A stretch of 50,330 nt of DNA from Macrostomum lignano. Taxonomy: Eukaryota. The notes below the pieces were generated by a model that searched no databases, was not told where the DNA came from, and worked only from the letters and a program-made list of their open reading frames with translations. This document shows, in pieces, positions 47,147 to 50,330 of this stretch; the first letter of the stretch is position 1, and each line of letters starts with the position of its first letter. A program made the translations under genes and the position numbers. The stretch lies in the NCBI GenBank assembly GCA_002269645.1, contig NIVC01003371.1:1-50330 (forward strand), written 5' to 3'.

Positions 47147-49309
47147 CCTATAGTATGAAAAAAATTTGACATTTTTATATGATCATGCCTTTTTATCATT
47201 TAAACAGTCATCTTATATTAATATATATTCAGTTTTGAAAGGCAATAATTTGCTCTACAGATGGGTGTAAAGTTTAAGGTGGGTGTAAATTTTGGTATAA
47301 TTTGGTTATGTGGTTTGGGAGTCCATAGCAAACAAAATTGGCCACAGACACACACATACACAGATTTCATTTTTATAGATAAAGATGTACATTGTAAGAC
47401 TTAAAAAATATGAACCTAATATATGCTAGTTGTTCACAAATGTATGCTAGATATTCCTTGTACAAATAATATGATCCTAAATGTGTGGACACTATCAAAT
47501 TATTAAAAGATTTAATATAAGGCCTAAACCTATTTTTATATATTGATACAATTTAACATCTAGTAGTTCTTATTATCAACCTTAGCTTACCTAATACCAT
47601 ATTCCAGAATATATCATTTATAGGCCTACCAAAATTTTCTAGCATTCTATCAATATGCTCTAAAATATAGACTTTATCTAATTTGTTAACTTCCTTGTTT
47701 TCTGCCTAAGATTATCATTTTAATTCAATTGTCATTTTGTTTTTGATATATAATCTATATGCAAAAGGGTGGCTACATGCAAAAATTTTCTGGCATATAA
47801 AAGCCATGTGGAATTTTCTTATTGTTCATATTGGTGTACAATTAATATTTAGCATAGTTAGAAACTGTCTTGATTGTTATGGTAATTTTACAAATAACAA
47901 GTGAAGAAGTACCAACTTGATATTAATATCCATTGTATGCACTAATGTTCTTGTTTTCAATATTTCCTAATATTTTGGTATCAGAACTCCTATTGTAGGC
48001 TTTTCTAAAGATGAAATTGACACTATTATATTAAATAATAAATGTTATTAATTATGTATATTAAAATTATATAATTTAATTTATATTTCTAAATTTTTAC
48101 TAGCTTACTGTATTATTGTAACAGTCTAATATATTATGGTCTAAGTAGTCTTTTACTAGTACATATAATGGTTTCCAATCTAGGTGTCATTAAGATTTGT
48201 GTCATATAGCAATTTTTCTTTATATAACTCTTTAAATTATTCCCATTTCCTTTTAGTAAATTTCTTTCAACAATTCTTAGAAATCTGGAAAGGAATAACT
48301 TGTATCTAACTCTATAAAAGTTTGTAGCTTGAACTTTATTTGATGGTTTTGAGGAGCTCTTTGACTCTACTTCGGTTTTTTCTCAAAGTCTTCAAAATCC
48401 TCAAATTCACTCCTTATTATAGTCATTCCCCTATGGCTATACATTTAGAAATGATTCCTCAATCTATTTTCATAGCTATAACAAAATATTTAGTATATTG
48501 AAACAAAATATTTTGTATAAGTTCAACACAATTAATAGCAAACTATTATACTATTATAAAGAATAGAAGTGTTATTTTTTCAAACTTTACAGAACCAATA
48601 CAGATAAATTTTCCTGCATACATGTTGTTATGATACACATTTAAGCATAATTTCATGGTATTTCATCACTTACTAAGTCTTTAAGAAGCATTTGATTTGG
48701 ATATTGGACTTAAATTTTGTGGTACCAATTTTTACAAGAAATTTAAGTCTCAATATGGCCTGTTTTTTGCACTAATACCTATAAGTAGATGTTTAAACCA
48801 AAGATTTCTAAAAGACAGAGTGACTATATAATTTTTATAGTATTTCAAAAGAACTTATTTTGCAAATGGTATAATTATATTTTGTTAGTATTACCTATGA
48901 TAGGTACTTTAATTGATTAATTTAATTTCACAATCAATTGCATTTTTAGATTAAAATTTCAGCATTTAATCAAAATTATCTACACAACTGTGTCACTCAT
49001 TTGACATTTACTTTATTGAAACTTACTATTTAAAAATAAAGTTCAAGCAATTAAAAATTGCTAATGATTGCAATATTCTATTATTAAAATAAGATTTTCT
49101 ATTCCTATTTCAGATCGCAAATCAATTTCCCCCCCCCAAAGGATCCCCTCAGAGATACTTGACGCTATCACCCTGTCAGCACAGCACTAAAATTATTGCT
49201 TTATTACTGAATAAGTATAATCCAGCTTAGTTAGTCACTTACACCTGAGTCCATCAAGGTATTAGTTAATTTTTGCTCAATTTCGTCGATCAAACAATCT
49301 GCTGAAAGG

Positions 49310-50330
49310 ATGAGTGCAGCTGGCCAGGCGCTGACTTTGTCTACATCAGCATCTGCACATCAGCCTCAGGCTTTCGCACCTGCTTATCACCACACCGGCT
49401 CAGCGGTCTCCTATGCCCAGCAGCCAGTGATCGTTCAAAATGTCCCTGGTAACGGCATGGTTAACGGAGAACAGCAGTCTGGCGTGATCATTCAGCAGCC
49501 ACAGCAGCAGCAACATCAAGTCAATCATCTCATGAGTCCCGTGTCTCAGCCCAGCTCATCTGTGACCTCTGTGCACCTGCCGACCCCTCCGGCCACTCCG
49601 CAGCAACAGCAGCAGCAGCACCTGATGCTTTTGCAGCAGCATCAGCAGCAGCAACAGCAGCAGCAGCTTATGACACAAACCTATTGTGATACCATCTGGA
49701 GCCAAAAATGTGGAAAGGTCAGGTGCTACCCATTTGCTGTCTGCTGACACAGCCACCCAGCTGACACAGCCACTCACCCAGCTGACACAGCCACTCACCC
49801 AGCTGACACAGCCACCCAGCTGACAGAGCCACCCTCCCAAATGACACAGCCACACCCAGCTGACACAGCCACACACCCAGCTGACACAGCCACTCACCAA
49901 GCTGACACAGCCACATACCCAGCTGACACAACCACATACCCAGCTGACACAGCCACTCACCAAGCTGACAGCCACTCACCCAGCTGACACAGCCACTCAC
50001 CAAGCTGACACAGCCAGCCCTCCAATTGCAGCCTGCTGACGAAGCGCCAGCGCCTGGAGCTGAACGCTATCGGCGCCTGTCCCCGCTGCGAGAAGTTCCG
50101 CAGCCAGCTGCTGGTGGACGAGCAAAACAGCCGCTGCCCAGCACCATTACCGCCCTACCAGACTACCTCGCTGACGGCCTGGACATTGTAGTGGTGAGTA
50201 CCTGTGTGCTTTGAGTCGCCGTCTCACAGTCTCACGGTAAGCAGCTCTCTGACCTCCCAGATCGGCCTCAACCCCATGTTATCCGCCGTGTACTCCGGGC
50301 ATCACTATGCGGGCCCTGGCAACCACTTCT
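49310..50330 (+). CDS. TDG: G/T mismatch-specific thymine/uracil DNA glycosylase (TDG/MUG family), polyQ N-terminus, 3'-incomplete
   Basis: Exons 49310-49717, 50032-50193, 50261->50330. Spliced peptide LPDYLADGLDIVV|IGLNPMLSAVYSGHHYAGPGNHF matches TDG LPD.L...LDIVIIGINPGL.AAYKGHHY.GPGNHF. The upstream exon frame is uncertain (see findings). Confidence 0.85.
49745..50015. repeat. 21-bp minisatellite (CAGCTGACACAGCCACTCACC) in TDG intron 1
   Basis: Period 21 (49758 to 49779). Confidence 0.95.

Overview
Eukaryotic (metazoan) genomic DNA, not prokaryotic. GC-rich, CAG-rich exons and introns filled with minisatellites suggest a free-living flatworm such as Macrostomum; this is inference only. In order, the window holds: (1) a solo LTR and a young, intact Ty3/Gypsy (Mag-like) LTR retrotransposon, both inserted at the same rare variant of a (TATC)n microsatellite; (2) a 12-exon, 5'-incomplete TTC28 gene (TPR array plus CHAT-like domain, + strand, 8832-32085), whose fifth in-window intron contains three antisense, intronless C-type-lectin/PAN-like genes and two tRNA-derived SINEs; (3) a 6-exon Derlin-2/3-like gene (- strand); (4) a 3-exon secreted protein with five follistatin/Kazal modules (- strand); (5) compound microsatellites, a 50-bp mini-element and a 683-bp hAT-type MITE in an AT-rich block; (6) the 5' part of a TDG/MUG glycosylase gene (+ strand). 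All exon boundaries were derived by hand from GT/AG sites, phase continuity and recalled family sequences. The strongest unexplained pattern is that 12 introns are filled by their own private tandem repeat. Many of these repeat units contain donor, branch-point or acceptor motifs on the sense strand of the host gene, including a 25-nt unit that reads as a miniature GT..CTAAC..AG intron. Most long ORFs in the supplied track are translations of these repeats.
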